Source: Octopus vulgaris (lineage: Eukaryota). Taken from it: DNA of 64,000 nt. The first letter of the stretch is position 1; every line of letters starts with the position of its first letter. Location: contig OX597824.1 of assembly GCA_951406725.2 (NCBI GenBank), forward strand, positions 64,728,001-64,792,000, in the 5' to 3' direction. The notes beneath the pieces are model-generated. The model worked only from the letters and a program-made list of their open reading frames with translations. It made no database searches and was not told the origin of the DNA. Of this stretch, positions 52,980 through 64,000 are shown one piece after another. Position numbers and translations under genes: made by a program.

Positions 52980-53330
52980 GCGACAATTCAGTAGAATCGT
53001 TAGAGCGGTCGGATTAAATGCCTTGTATTATTTGTTCAGACTCATTGCCTCCTGAGTTCAAATTTCGTCAAGATTAACTTTGCCTTTTATCCTTTCCAGG
53101 TCATGAAAAAGGTACAAATTTGCGAAACTGTAAGAAGGTCGTACTGGATGTCATGTGATATTTGTTTCGACTTTGTCTTCTGAGTTCAAATCTCACTAAG
53201 GTTAATTTTGCTTTTATGCTGCTCGGGTCGTGAAAAAGAAACACAATTTTGCAAAACTGTAAGAGCGTCATAACGAATGTCTTACAGTATTTGTTACGAC
53301 TCCTTGTATTGTGAATTCAAATCCGACCAT
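52980..53330 (+). repeat. Tandem array (~128-bp period, nearly 3 units) derived from a family B SINE
   Basis: Repeated TGAGTTCAAAT...TTAAYTTTGC...GGTCRTGAAAAAG...AATTTGCRAAACTGTAAGA units. Confidence 0.7.
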
Positions 53331-54004
53331 AGCCTACTCGGGTGGTAGACAAACCATCGCCCGAGTTAACACTATTGCCTGGCGGTCTTGAGTGCCTTTA
53401 GCAGAGTCCATTTTGTAGCAAGCTTTTTGATCAATTCTCCAGTTTGAGGATACCTTTTCCCTTGCTACTCATGGACATCGGAAGCCCCGTAAAGAATCAT
53501 AAGCAATTGCCTTCCCTCCTGACTAAAAGATAAAGAAAAGTTGATACAGGCGAGATTTGAACTCTGTAGACGTAAAGGGGTGAAAACAACATAAATGACA
53601 TTTTGTTTGGTACTCGCTCAGAAGGCGGTGCCCCTGTATGAGCTCAACAGTTAAAACAAACAACAGAACACAGATCACCATTATCAGTTAAAAGAAACAA
53701 TAACAATAATATAAAGTAATTTATTTAGTACTGTGAACAATTAGAGAAACATAAACAAAGCAACCTGTTTATCTTATATTATCTATCTCTGTATTCCTTC
53801 ATATATTACCAGTTAGAGCTTCGTCATACACAAACAACTGATAAATGATAAGCTTCTCATAACACACACGTTGATTGTGATGAGAGACAGTAGTTATGTC
53901 AAGTTAGTGTCAGGAGCTATAATCCATATCTTCGTAAACTGGGAAAAAGAAATATTTATACAAATTGCATCAGTATTGTGTTATTGTGATACATTATTTT
54001 GATG

Positions 54005-54222
54005 TTGTCAGCTGGTAGAGTCGTTATAGCATTGGATGAAATCCCATGAAGTATTTCTCACAGCTCTTTACATTCTGAGTTTAAATCTTGACGAGGTCAG
54101 CTTTGCTTTCACTCTGTTTCGGGGTCGAGAAAATAAAGTGGTAGTCAAATACTGGGGCTAATGGAATCGACTAATTTCTTCCTCATAAAACTACTGGACT
54201 TGTGCTTAAGTTAGAAACTATT
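54005..54222 (+). mobile_element. Degenerate family B SINE
   Basis: TTCTGAGTTTAAAT...GAGGTCAGCTTTGCTTTC...GGGGTCGA. Confidence 0.65.
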
Positions 54223-55602
54223 ATATTTCTTTGTTTAAATGTAATTTAAGGCGGAAGGGACAAAACCGTTGATTTTTTTTTTCAGAGTCTCAAAGACTTG
54301 CAGTAGGAAACCTGGCCCGAATGCTTGTGAGAGAGTGGGCTCTACTAAAGCCACCCAAAAATCAGGCAACGGTGTTAAATGAAACAATAGACCAGGCTCT
54401 ACTACAACCACCAAAAGCTGGTTAGGGATGTTAAAATGGACAGCTAGATGGAGTATATTAAAAGTACCCAAGGACCAAGAACGAGCAGTGTTAAACTGGA
54501 CAACAGATTGTATTCTAGTATAACCACTGAAGGTGGTGTTAAATTGGACGTTGATTTAAGTCTAACACTTACTGATGTGATTGTTGTTGCTTACCTCAGT
54601 TCATCCTTGATTAAGCATACCTATTATTCATTTTAATCTGTAGTCGAGGCAACATTACCCATGTGCCTTTTATAAATGTGTGTTACGAAGTGCATAGTCT
54701 ACTGAATGGTATCCAATCAATAATTGGTACTAATTTGATCGATTCTGGAGTGAAAGATCAAACGCGGCAGGGTTAATTTTTAACTACAAAGGTAAAATGT
54801 CGAATCTGAATGCTGTAAATCATCTAGTTCAGCTCTGCATCTGTTCTTCCAAACCTACCAGACTGTGAACGAACGTGCGTACCTCTGTACGCACGTCGTT
54901 CAATCGGTTAGAAATATCAGCCAAACTCCCTCAACTCACACCCAAACGACTTGAAAAGAAAATGACACATTGGATAATGAACTGTACTTTTGGACACCTA
55001 TAAACATTCAGGATTTTCCTGTCTGGAAAAATACAGAATGGTGTTAAATAACAATTGCGCCACCTTATTACTTCTATAAAGAGTAATAATGGAATAGTGT
55101 AGGGTTTGTAACTATAATCTAGAAAGTAACGTTTAATATTTCAAATGCCGGAACATATCAGGTTGAAATGCATTACGATGGCTTTCATTTACCCAATATT
55201 ATTCCCCTACCTCTCCTAGCTTTTCGTGAATTATTGTTGCTGTCCGTTGATTTTTCCTTAGACAAGAGTTTCATTTTGAGAAGGACGGTGGATCATTTCA
55301 AATGTTAAAAGTTGAAGTAAGCAAGAATTGTCATTAATGCTAATGGCTTTTCCTTTTCTCATTACAGTTATAATTTTAATTTATTAAAAATAATTTTTGA
55401 TTCACGACATAAAGTATGTGAAACTATTTACAAAAGTATGTCACATATAGTTAGTCATTTTATATGTAATGAGTACCTAAAGATACATTATTGTCCGTTA
55501 AAAAGAGCAATATGTATTTATTTACATCGCCACAGAGCAAAGAAACAACAAAATATTCTGTAACTTAACAAGACCAAGGAGATTTGATGCGCAAATCAAA
55601 GA

Positions 55603-55687
55603 TTTTCTTGTCGCTGAGGTTAAGTAACGGCAGAAACCATAAAGTCTACTTGGATATGTCTTTGCTGGACCTTAGCGCCGAAGAAAA
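55603..55687 (+). ncRNA. Candidate pre-miRNA-like hairpin
   Basis: 55603-55632 pairs with 55657-55687 at 27 of 30 positions (4 G-U), with 3 mismatches, one bulge and a 24-nt loop. Confidence 0.35.
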
Positions 55688-57351
55688 ATTCGCCGACCAG
55701 TTCTTCTACGGACTGCTTATATATTCCATCATTAGACCGATGAAGCAAAACTTCACAACGCACGCGAGACAATAAAAGGACTGTCTTTAATAGCATTTAT
55801 TGCCATTAAAATTAAAATCATAGGGTTGATATAATTTCGGGTTGATTATTTTTAAAGTAGGAAGAGGTAGTCTTATTATTCTGAGGCTTGAATTTCAGTT
55901 ATTAATTGGTGAATAAAGATGATACAGGTATGTGAGGAGTAGTCAAAGAAAGGAGAAAATAGACAAATAAAGAGCTCGCGAGAGATGGAGTAAAAGAGAA
56001 GGATGGCAACCTGTATCTATGGATTTCTTACTTTTTCGCAACTAAGGACACTTTTAAATTAATTTCACAACGGTCTCCAGGCTTCTCAAGGTGTGTCTGT
56101 GCATCAGGCTGATTTTATTAAACAGCAACAAAGAGCAACAAATTTGCTTTCTCAGTTTCATCTCTCAACTAAAATATATACGTAATTGAAAATGTAAATA
56201 AATATCAACATTAAACAAAAAACACTTGTTTAATAAGATTGTTGATGTTCATTTGATGATACTCCGTTCCGAATTTCAGATTTAAATGGCACAGAGTTGT
56301 AAGTGTAGATCTCGTTTTAAAATACGTTTAAGACATCAGACTATTCCAACAGATTTAGAAATTTCTTTGACATTTTACAAGTTTATCAGCTTTCATGATT
56401 AATTTCATATATTTTCCCTGCAACGTTTTTAAAAATTTGAAATTTTAAACTTAGCTCAGAAACCTCCTGTACCATCACTGTAGACTCTTCCTTCCCAAAG
56501 GAAAGGTGCTAGCTACAGATTTATGTTTGTCATTTGAGCTTTAAAATGGTGGTATGTTGTAACAAGATGAGTAACAAGGAGACACATGAAGCATTTAGAG
56601 TGTGATCAAGTTGAACGGGAAATTTTGGAGAAACTGACGGTAACTAATTAAGTAATTCTTGCCACTTAGTCACAAGAAGACCTATGATCAAACGCACTCC
56701 AGCCGTCATCATCCGCTAAGGTTCATGTAGAGCTTCATTATATAATATAGCACTCTCTTATTTAAGATAGATGTGTGATTTGAGTAATATTTGGTTAGTA
56801 TTTTTCACAGAACGAGTGACCACGTAGGAGCTCTCTCATTCGCCTGTGGCATCTCTAACAAAGAGTATATGGCAGTTTAAAACTGGGAAGTATTAGTGAC
56901 AGGTTTACAAAAGAGTAGAATTGGTCTTCTAAATTCCATTAAAAAAGGTGTCAACTGATTTCTAGAATGGAAGAACGCTGCTTATTTAAATTGCATATTA
57001 GATTAATATGGTGCGGCGGAGGGATCTCTCTTCTCAAATGCAAATTTTATTCTTTGTATGGTTTCACTCTACAATCAAAATTCTTCAGATTCTTAAAGTC
57101 ATATTAGTATCATATTTCCCAATTTTTTTGTGAGTGAATGCCTTCTTCTTAGCAAACGCCACTGGAAGTCTGCTGGTTGTATTTTAGACTCAATAATCTT
57201 CAGGTAGGACATTTTAATATACAGATTTTACACCCAGTTTTCAACAACAGGTCTTAAATCTTTCTCATGCATATCACATTAATTCTAAAATATAATATGA
57301 TATATGATGTATAGAAAATTGGCATCACACATTTCCTTAGTTCCTAACTAT

Positions 57352-57384
57352 GCATACACATATACATATGTGTGTGTCTGTGTA

Positions 57385-57470
<86 letters not shown>

Positions 57471-57501
57471 AAGTATGTATGTATGTATGTATGTATTATG
57501 C

Positions 57502-57567
<66 letters not shown>
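57352..57567. repeat. (TA)n-rich microsatellite
   Basis: Seen directly. Confidence 0.96.
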
Positions 57568-57569
<2 letters not shown>

Positions 57570-57868
57570 GGGCGCAATGGCCCAGTGGTTAGTGCAGCGG
57601 ACTCACGGTCGTAGGATCGCGGTTTCGATTCCCAGACCGGGCGTTGTGAGTGTTTATTGAACGAAAACACCTAAAGCTCCACGAGGCTCCGGCAGGGGTG
57701 GTGGCAATCCTTGCTGTACTCTTTCGCCACAACTTTCTCTCACTCTTTCTTCTGTTGGCCTGCTCGCTTAGCCAGCGGGGTGGCGTCATTTGAAGGCTAA
57801 AACAATGCGAAGCGCATTGTGACCAGCAATGTGTAGCAACATCTGATAGACTTGTCGGTCGCGGTGAT
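57568..57868 (+). mobile_element. Full-length tRNA-derived SINE, family D
   Basis: A box TGGCCCAGTGG and B box GGTTTCGATTCC. The 3' part recurs inverted at 24560-24678. Confidence 0.85.
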
Positions 57869-58331
57869 ATATATATATAATAGAAGTTGAAAATGCACTG
57901 AAAATAGTTTTAAAATTTTACCAAATTCAAAGATTTAACCGGTTTCACAGTTTACACTGATTTTCAAAAGTTGAAATAGAAAGACGGGTTATGCCGCAAC
58001 TGTCATGTTTCTGACTAGTGTTTGCAGATAGTCCTATTTTTTATAGGGAGTACATGGCTCAAAATAGTACATGTTTTGGATTGGACTTGATTGGTAGGGG
58101 ATAGTCACATGATTAATCTTAGAAATTTGTGTAGGTTCCCCGCTACGTCCGCGAGTTAATGCCAAGTGACATTGTTTGGCGTCGTAAGTTAAGGCTGGCA
58201 CGATTGAGCTAACATGTCTAGTGACAGTACCAAACAATCAATAATCTGAATATTTTCTGTCAAGTGTTGTAGAGAATGATCACGTGATTAAGTTTAGAAC
58301 CTTATATACGTTTCCCGCTACGTCCGTGCAT

Positions 58332-58465
58332 TAGCTTCCAATCCACATGGTTCCGGCTTCAATCCCATTGCATGACACCTTGGACAAGTGTCTTTTACTA
58401 TAGCTTCTGGACGACCAAAGCCTTGTGAGTGGATTTGTTAGACGGAAACTGAAAGAAACCCATTG

Positions 58466-58525
<60 letters not shown>

Positions 58526-58890
58526 TGTGTGTGTGTGTGTGTGTGTCTGTGTGTGTGTCTGTGTTTGACCAGTACCTAGTTCTTTACTGCCCACAAGGGG
58601 CTAAACACAGAGAGGACAAACAAGGACAGACAAACGGATTAAGTCGATTATATCGACCCCAGTGCGTAACTGGTACTTAATTTATCAACCCCGAAAGAGT
58701 GAAAGGCAAAGTCGACCTCGGCGGAATTTGAACTCAGAACGTTACGGCAGACGAAATAAGGCTATGCATTTTGCCCGACGTGCTAACGCTTCTGCCAGCT
58801 AACCGCCTTGTTTGTCCAGTACCACCGCTTGACAACCGGTGTTGATGTGTTTTTGTCGCCGTAACTTAGCGGTTCGGGATCAGAGATCGG
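58332..58890 (+). mobile_element. Family A SINE interrupted by a family B SINE
   Basis: Family A head at 58332-58470; the tail resumes at 58824. Confidence 0.85.
58577..58808 (-). mobile_element. Family B SINE with a 15-bp target-site duplication
   Basis: Flanked by TGTTTGACCAGTACC (58562-58576) and TGTTTGTCCAGTACC (58809-58823). Confidence 0.9.
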
Positions 58891-58894
58891 TAGA

Positions 58895-59108
58895 AGGCGA
58901 TGAACTGACAGAATAGTTAGCACGTTCGGGAAAATGCTTAGCGATATTTCGTCTGTCTTTATGTTCTGAGTTCAACTTCCCCCGAGGTCGACTTTGACTT
59001 TTATGTTTCGGGGTAGATAAAATAAGTACCAGTTGAGCACTGGAAACGATCAAATCGACTTACATCTACGCTCAAAGTTGCTGGCCTTGTGCCAAAATAT
59101 GAAAACAA
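58895..59108 (+). mobile_element. Family B SINE
   Basis: GGCGATGAACTGACAGAA...GATAAAATAAGTACCAG. Confidence 0.8.
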
Positions 59109-60308
59109 TATTTCAAACGAAATCTATTTTATTTATAAAATTGTATAAAATTTGACAATTGTATTTATGGGGAAAAGATTAAAGTTGATGAAACATTGCT
59201 AATAACTCATAACAATATTCTCAATATCTAAGATAAGGTAATATCTTTACAGCTGATAAAATTTATCAGAGTATCGTAATATTTATGGTAATAACGCTAT
59301 TGGGGAATATTGAATCCGTTGATATATCAACATGCCTGCATCAGATTAGATTGCTAGAAGAAAGAACAAATTAGTTATTACTTTAAATAGAATCTTAATT
59401 CTCTGAGCAAGCTGTATTAGAAAGAAAGAACGGAAATGATGATAAGAAAATATCTTCTTTTGAACTGGAGAACTTATCATTAGTTTAGTAGATTGCGTGA
59501 ATAATCTCGTTATCAAGAGGGATATTAAGAACAGATACTAATCTTCTCTACAGTGTGTAATGAAGCAAGCGATGAGGTTTCAAATGTACTTATGAAGATG
59601 AGCCTCCTCTGTATATTAGGTTCTTTGATTAACTATATCGACAAGTATAGAATAAGGAAGTTTGTGACAAAATATGGAATTGAGTAATGCAAAAGTGGCG
59701 GGTGATATCTACATACAACATTTTGATGTCTTCGACAGCTTTCGCATTCCTTGACAATTAGTTTCGAATTTCATTCGTATTAGAAATGACACTGCATATT
59801 ATCTCAAGTATACATGATTCGTGACAGAAAGTATTTTCTCAGTTTTTTCCAATCCTACAAGGTTATTCATGTTTGTTTGGATACGCACGCACGCACACAC
59901 ACACACACACACACACATACACACACACACACACACACGTTTGTGTGTCAGTGTGTCACACTTCGACTCCCTCACTATTCATTGACAATCCTACGATTGC
60001 TCACGTTGGGGTGGAAGTAATAGCAGGCATAGAGAAGGTAGTAGATTGATGGTTGTGATGGTAGCGAGTTGATAGTAATAGAATGGAATGTAGTTGTGAT
60101 AGAGGCGGAGGCGACGATGGTGGTGGTGATAGCTGGAGCAGTCAGGGACAATGGTGATAGTAGACGAGGTGAAAGATAGTGGTGATGGTGATGGAAGGGA
60201 AGGCTGCAAACTCAAATATAACGATGGTGGTGACGTCGGATCCGAATGGTGTGTGTATGGCAGTTGTGGTGGCGATGGTGGTTGTGCTGGTGATGGTTGG
60301 AAACAACG

Positions 60309-60368
<60 letters not shown>

Positions 60369-60718
60369 AAAAGGTTAGGCAGAAGAAAATTGTACTGACC
60401 CTCGAATGGCAAGACAAAAAATGCTGTTTATCATGTAGCTTTGCAATAAGTTCCATGTCGACAAATTATATCATTGTTTTGATGAAAGTTGTTCATTGCT
60501 TGAAAAATATTGGTCATGTTTAATAAGATTTAGTATGTACTCAATGCATAAAGTGTCATTGTTGGGACCAAGGCCAAGTGAAGAGCCCTCCACAGGAGCT
60601 AGATTGAATGGATTACTTCATTAGTTTATTGATCAGTTAGGAAAAATTGAACGACCTAAAAGGATTAACGCTACTTTCGTCAGAGCCATTTCGGATTATA
60701 ACAATGTAGAACACGTGA

Positions 60719-60722
<4 letters not shown>

Positions 60723-60788
<66 letters not shown>

Positions 60789-60835
60789 ATGTATATATGT
60801 AGATGTATGTATGGATGTATATATATGTATGTATG

Positions 60836-60878
<43 letters not shown>

Positions 60879-61001
60879 ATATATATATATGTATGTATGT
60901 ATGTATATATATATGTGTGTGTGTGTGTATATGTATATATATATATGAATATATATATATATGTATATATATATATGTATGCATATATATATGTATATAT
61001 T

Positions 61002-61033
<32 letters not shown>

Positions 61034-61034
61034 G

Positions 61035-61073
<39 letters not shown>

Positions 61074-61146
61074 ATATATATATATATATGTATATAGATG
61101 TATATATATATATGTATATATATGTATGTATATATATGCGTACATG

Positions 61147-61188
<42 letters not shown>
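60723..61188. repeat. Long (TA)/(TATG)/(TG) microsatellite
   Basis: Seen directly. Confidence 0.97.
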
Positions 61189-61713
61189 CTTTATTTAAAA
61201 GCAGCAGAAATATAACAAAAGCTGTTACTCACAGTTTCCCGTTCCCGTTCGTTGGACAGTTTTGTTAAAATAGAACGGAAAAAAACAATATGATCAAAAC
61301 TAGTTAAGGGATACACCTTTAAAAATGGATTTGTTTCATGGGTCCTTTGAAATAACGGCCTTAAGCATACGATAAACAAAATAAAGAAAATAAATGAATT
61401 CAATATAAATTATAAATTATAAAATCGAGGAAAAACCTTAAATCGAAGAGCGGATTCAAAATACATATAGTCATTAATTATATATGAAATATCATTCGAT
61501 TAATACAATTAATACATTAAAATTAAAATATTTCACAACAGTATATACGCATACTAAACCATCAATACATATATATATCAAAATACACATGGATATACAC
61601 AGACCACATACATATGCAGACATATATATGCAAGACGTAAATATACACACAAATACACATATACACACGTATACGCAATCTTGCACGAATGCAAAAATCA
61701 CTCGGTGTATACA

Positions 61714-62580
61714 TCATGGCTCGGCTTCGCCAACGAAGATCAGGGAGGCCGTCCACGATGCGTGCATGCAGGCTCATGACTGACAAGTCCAATATGGGAA
61801 AGGCAGATCCGTGAGCAGTGTCCACAGACGAATGTAACATCCGGTGTGGTGTCAGAGGCGGCTCTCGCCCTCCTCCTACGTCTCTTGTCTTTAAGCGCGT
61901 CTCTTCTTTGTTCCTCAAACTTGCTGACTGCGTTGAAGAGCGTGTGGCGTCAGACATCACGGTCCGCAGCCAGGTCTGACCAGCATTGGTGGTTAATATG
62001 ATATGCCGTTAGAGACTTCTTGAGGCAGTCTTTCTAGCGCTTCCTCAGAGCTCCTCTCACACGGTGGCCGGTGGAGAGTTCGCCAAACAGGGCAATCTTA
62101 GGAAGGCGATGGTTCTCCCTTCTGGTGACATGCCCTGCCAATCGGAGGTGGGACTTCAGTAGCATGGCTTCAATGCTGGGAATCTCGGCCTACTCCAAGA
62201 CTCCAATGTTTGTGACGAAGTCACACCCATGTATGTTGAGGATGGTGCGGAGACATCGCTGGTGGAAGCGCTCGAGGAGACGGATGTGACTGTGGTAAGT
62301 GATCCAGGTCTCTGAGCCCTAGAGAAGAGTGGTGAGAACCACGGCCCTGTAGACACTGATGTTTGTTTTGTTCTTCAGGTTATTATTGTGCCAAACATGT
62401 TTGTACAATCTGCCAAAGGACCCATTTGCCTTAGAGAGTCTATTTTCAATTTCTTTGTCGATCCTTGCATCGAATGAGATGATGCAACCCAGGTATGTAA
62501 ACTGCTGAGTTGATTTCAGTTCGGTACCGCAGATAGTGATGTGGGGTGGGCGGTAATCCTCTTGGGGTGTAGGTTGGTGT
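61714..62580 (-). mobile_element. RTE-clade (BovB-like) LINE 3' portion
   Basis: Minus strand QFTYLGCIISFDARIDKEIENRLSKANGSFGRL, VYRAVVLTTLL*GSETW, LERFHQRCLRTILNI and LRLAGHVTRRENHRLPKIALFGEL. Confidence 0.92.
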
Positions 62581-63004
62581 ACATATAGACTAGAAGTAAA
62601 ACGCAGAGAGGGGGAAGGAAAAGAAAAAGAAAAGGTGACAATCTTATAAGCAACAGATAGCTACAGAAGTGAGTAAGAGAAGGGGGGAGCGTAAAGTTAC
62701 AGGACTCTATACAAGTAACGAATAGGGGGAGAAAAATACTTTTCCGTAACGAGAGAAAGGGAAAAAGAAAGAAGTCTGTATATGTGTAACGAACGTACAC
62801 AAAATAAAATTACGTATACATGTGTATATAAAAGTGTATATTAGCAGTAAAAACACATATAAGAATACATATATAAATATATAGAGATAAGTACATAAAT
62901 ACATATCCACACAAATTCAAGTGAATACATGCATACATATACACTCATGTATGTGCATAAGTATAAACATAAGAAAAAATTAAGAAAATTAACAACTAGA
63001 ATAA

Positions 63005-63370
63005 GATCTTCGCTAATTCTGATAAGACAAGAAACTTTTACGCACTTGATAAGGACGTTTAGAAGCGTCTAATTTCGAATAGCATCACAGATACATACAA
63101 AAAAAGATAACACAAATATATGCAAAGAGGTGAATTTAGAAGTAAGTAGAATAGCTAACAATCTTAAGATTAGCGATAGGATAGAATATCTTTCCCCACG
63201 ACCCGCTTTTATTACCCTAAAAGACCATAAAGCCAATTTTAATAGAAACCCTAAATGTAGATTGATCGATCCAGCTAAAACTGAAATAGGCATTATTAGC
63301 AAATATATCTTGGACCGTATTTTAACTAATTTAGATAGTGAATTAGATTTGGGAATTTGGAAGAATAGTG
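63005..63370 (+). mobile_element. Penelope-like (Hydra-clade-like) N-terminal RT fragment
   Basis: DKTRNFY...ISDRIEYLSPRPAFITLKDHKANFNRNPKCRLIDPAKTEIGIISKYILDRI...WKNS. Confidence 0.85.
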
Positions 63371-63438
63371 TTTTTTGTTTTGTTTAGAAGAGGAGAACAT
63401 TGTTTTTTTTTTCTTTCGCTGAAGTTCCAGGACAATGG

Positions 63439-63459
63439 AGATACATAGATAGGTAGATC

Positions 63460-63511
<52 letters not shown>

Positions 63512-63680
63512 CATACATACATACATACATACATACATACATACATACATACATACATACATACATACATACATACATACATACATACATACATACATAC
63601 ATACATACTTACATACATACATACATACATACATAGACAGACAGACAGAAAGACAGATAAACAGAGAGATAGGTAGGTAG
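63439..63680. repeat. (GATA)n(CATA)n(GACA)n microsatellite
   Basis: Seen directly. Confidence 0.97.
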
Positions 63681-64000
63681 AGAGAATGAGTGGGAGAGAT
63701 TTATTTTCAATTTGGAATGTTTTTTTACCATTTATTTATTTATTTAGTATTTTACCAATGTATAGCTACTGGCATGAGACAAGTTCAAGGATGGTGACCT
63801 CTTTTAGGATGTGGAAAAAAATGAGAAAAAGATGGGGTGCGGTCATCACTAAAAACATTTTTTCTTAAGATGCCAAGAAGGAAGATTGTGTGTGTGTGTG
63901 CGTATGTGTGTGTGTGTGTGTGTATGTGTGTGTGTGTGCGTGTGTGTGCATGTGAGTTCATTTGTCTGGAAATTCGTCTATGTCTACACTGTAATTTCGA

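Noticed and set aside
52980-54556. Repeat-spacer-like patterns suggesting CRISPR
   Set aside because: Eukaryotic context, degenerate tandem units without unique spacers, and no cas genes.
55584-55775. 63-aa ORF overlapping the hairpin
   Set aside because: Short, with no recognisable homology; the RNA structure is the stronger signal.

Overview
AT-rich eukaryotic non-coding DNA packed with microsatellites and decayed transposable elements. The SINE families and repeat landscape resemble an octopus (coleoid cephalopod) genome, which is an inference. I found no intact protein-coding gene. Almost all listed ORFs are translations of (TA)n/(CA)n/(ATT)n/(CAT)n microsatellites or fragments of TE proteins. 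TE content: a Gypsy LTR+PBS+gag 5' end and a separate Gypsy integrase; one Tc1 and several mariner relics; mariner, pogo-like, hAT-like and foldback MITEs; a piggyBac relic; four Penelope-like (Hydra-clade-like) RT/GIY-YIG fragments; CR1/L2, RTE and R4/Dong-type LINE fragments; and about 30 tRNA-derived SINE copies from at least four families. The most interesting signals are: (1) a strand-specific pre-miRNA-like hairpin (55603-55687) between a splice acceptor and an AATAAA; (2) several degenerate minimal hammerhead-ribozyme-like motifs on Penelope-type termini next to microsatellites, one in a near-perfect 113-bp palindrome; (3) two locally templated insertions that damage transposons; (4) isolated exon-like segments suggesting a spliced non-coding + strand transcript. 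None is proven from sequence alone, and many TE boundaries are approximate.
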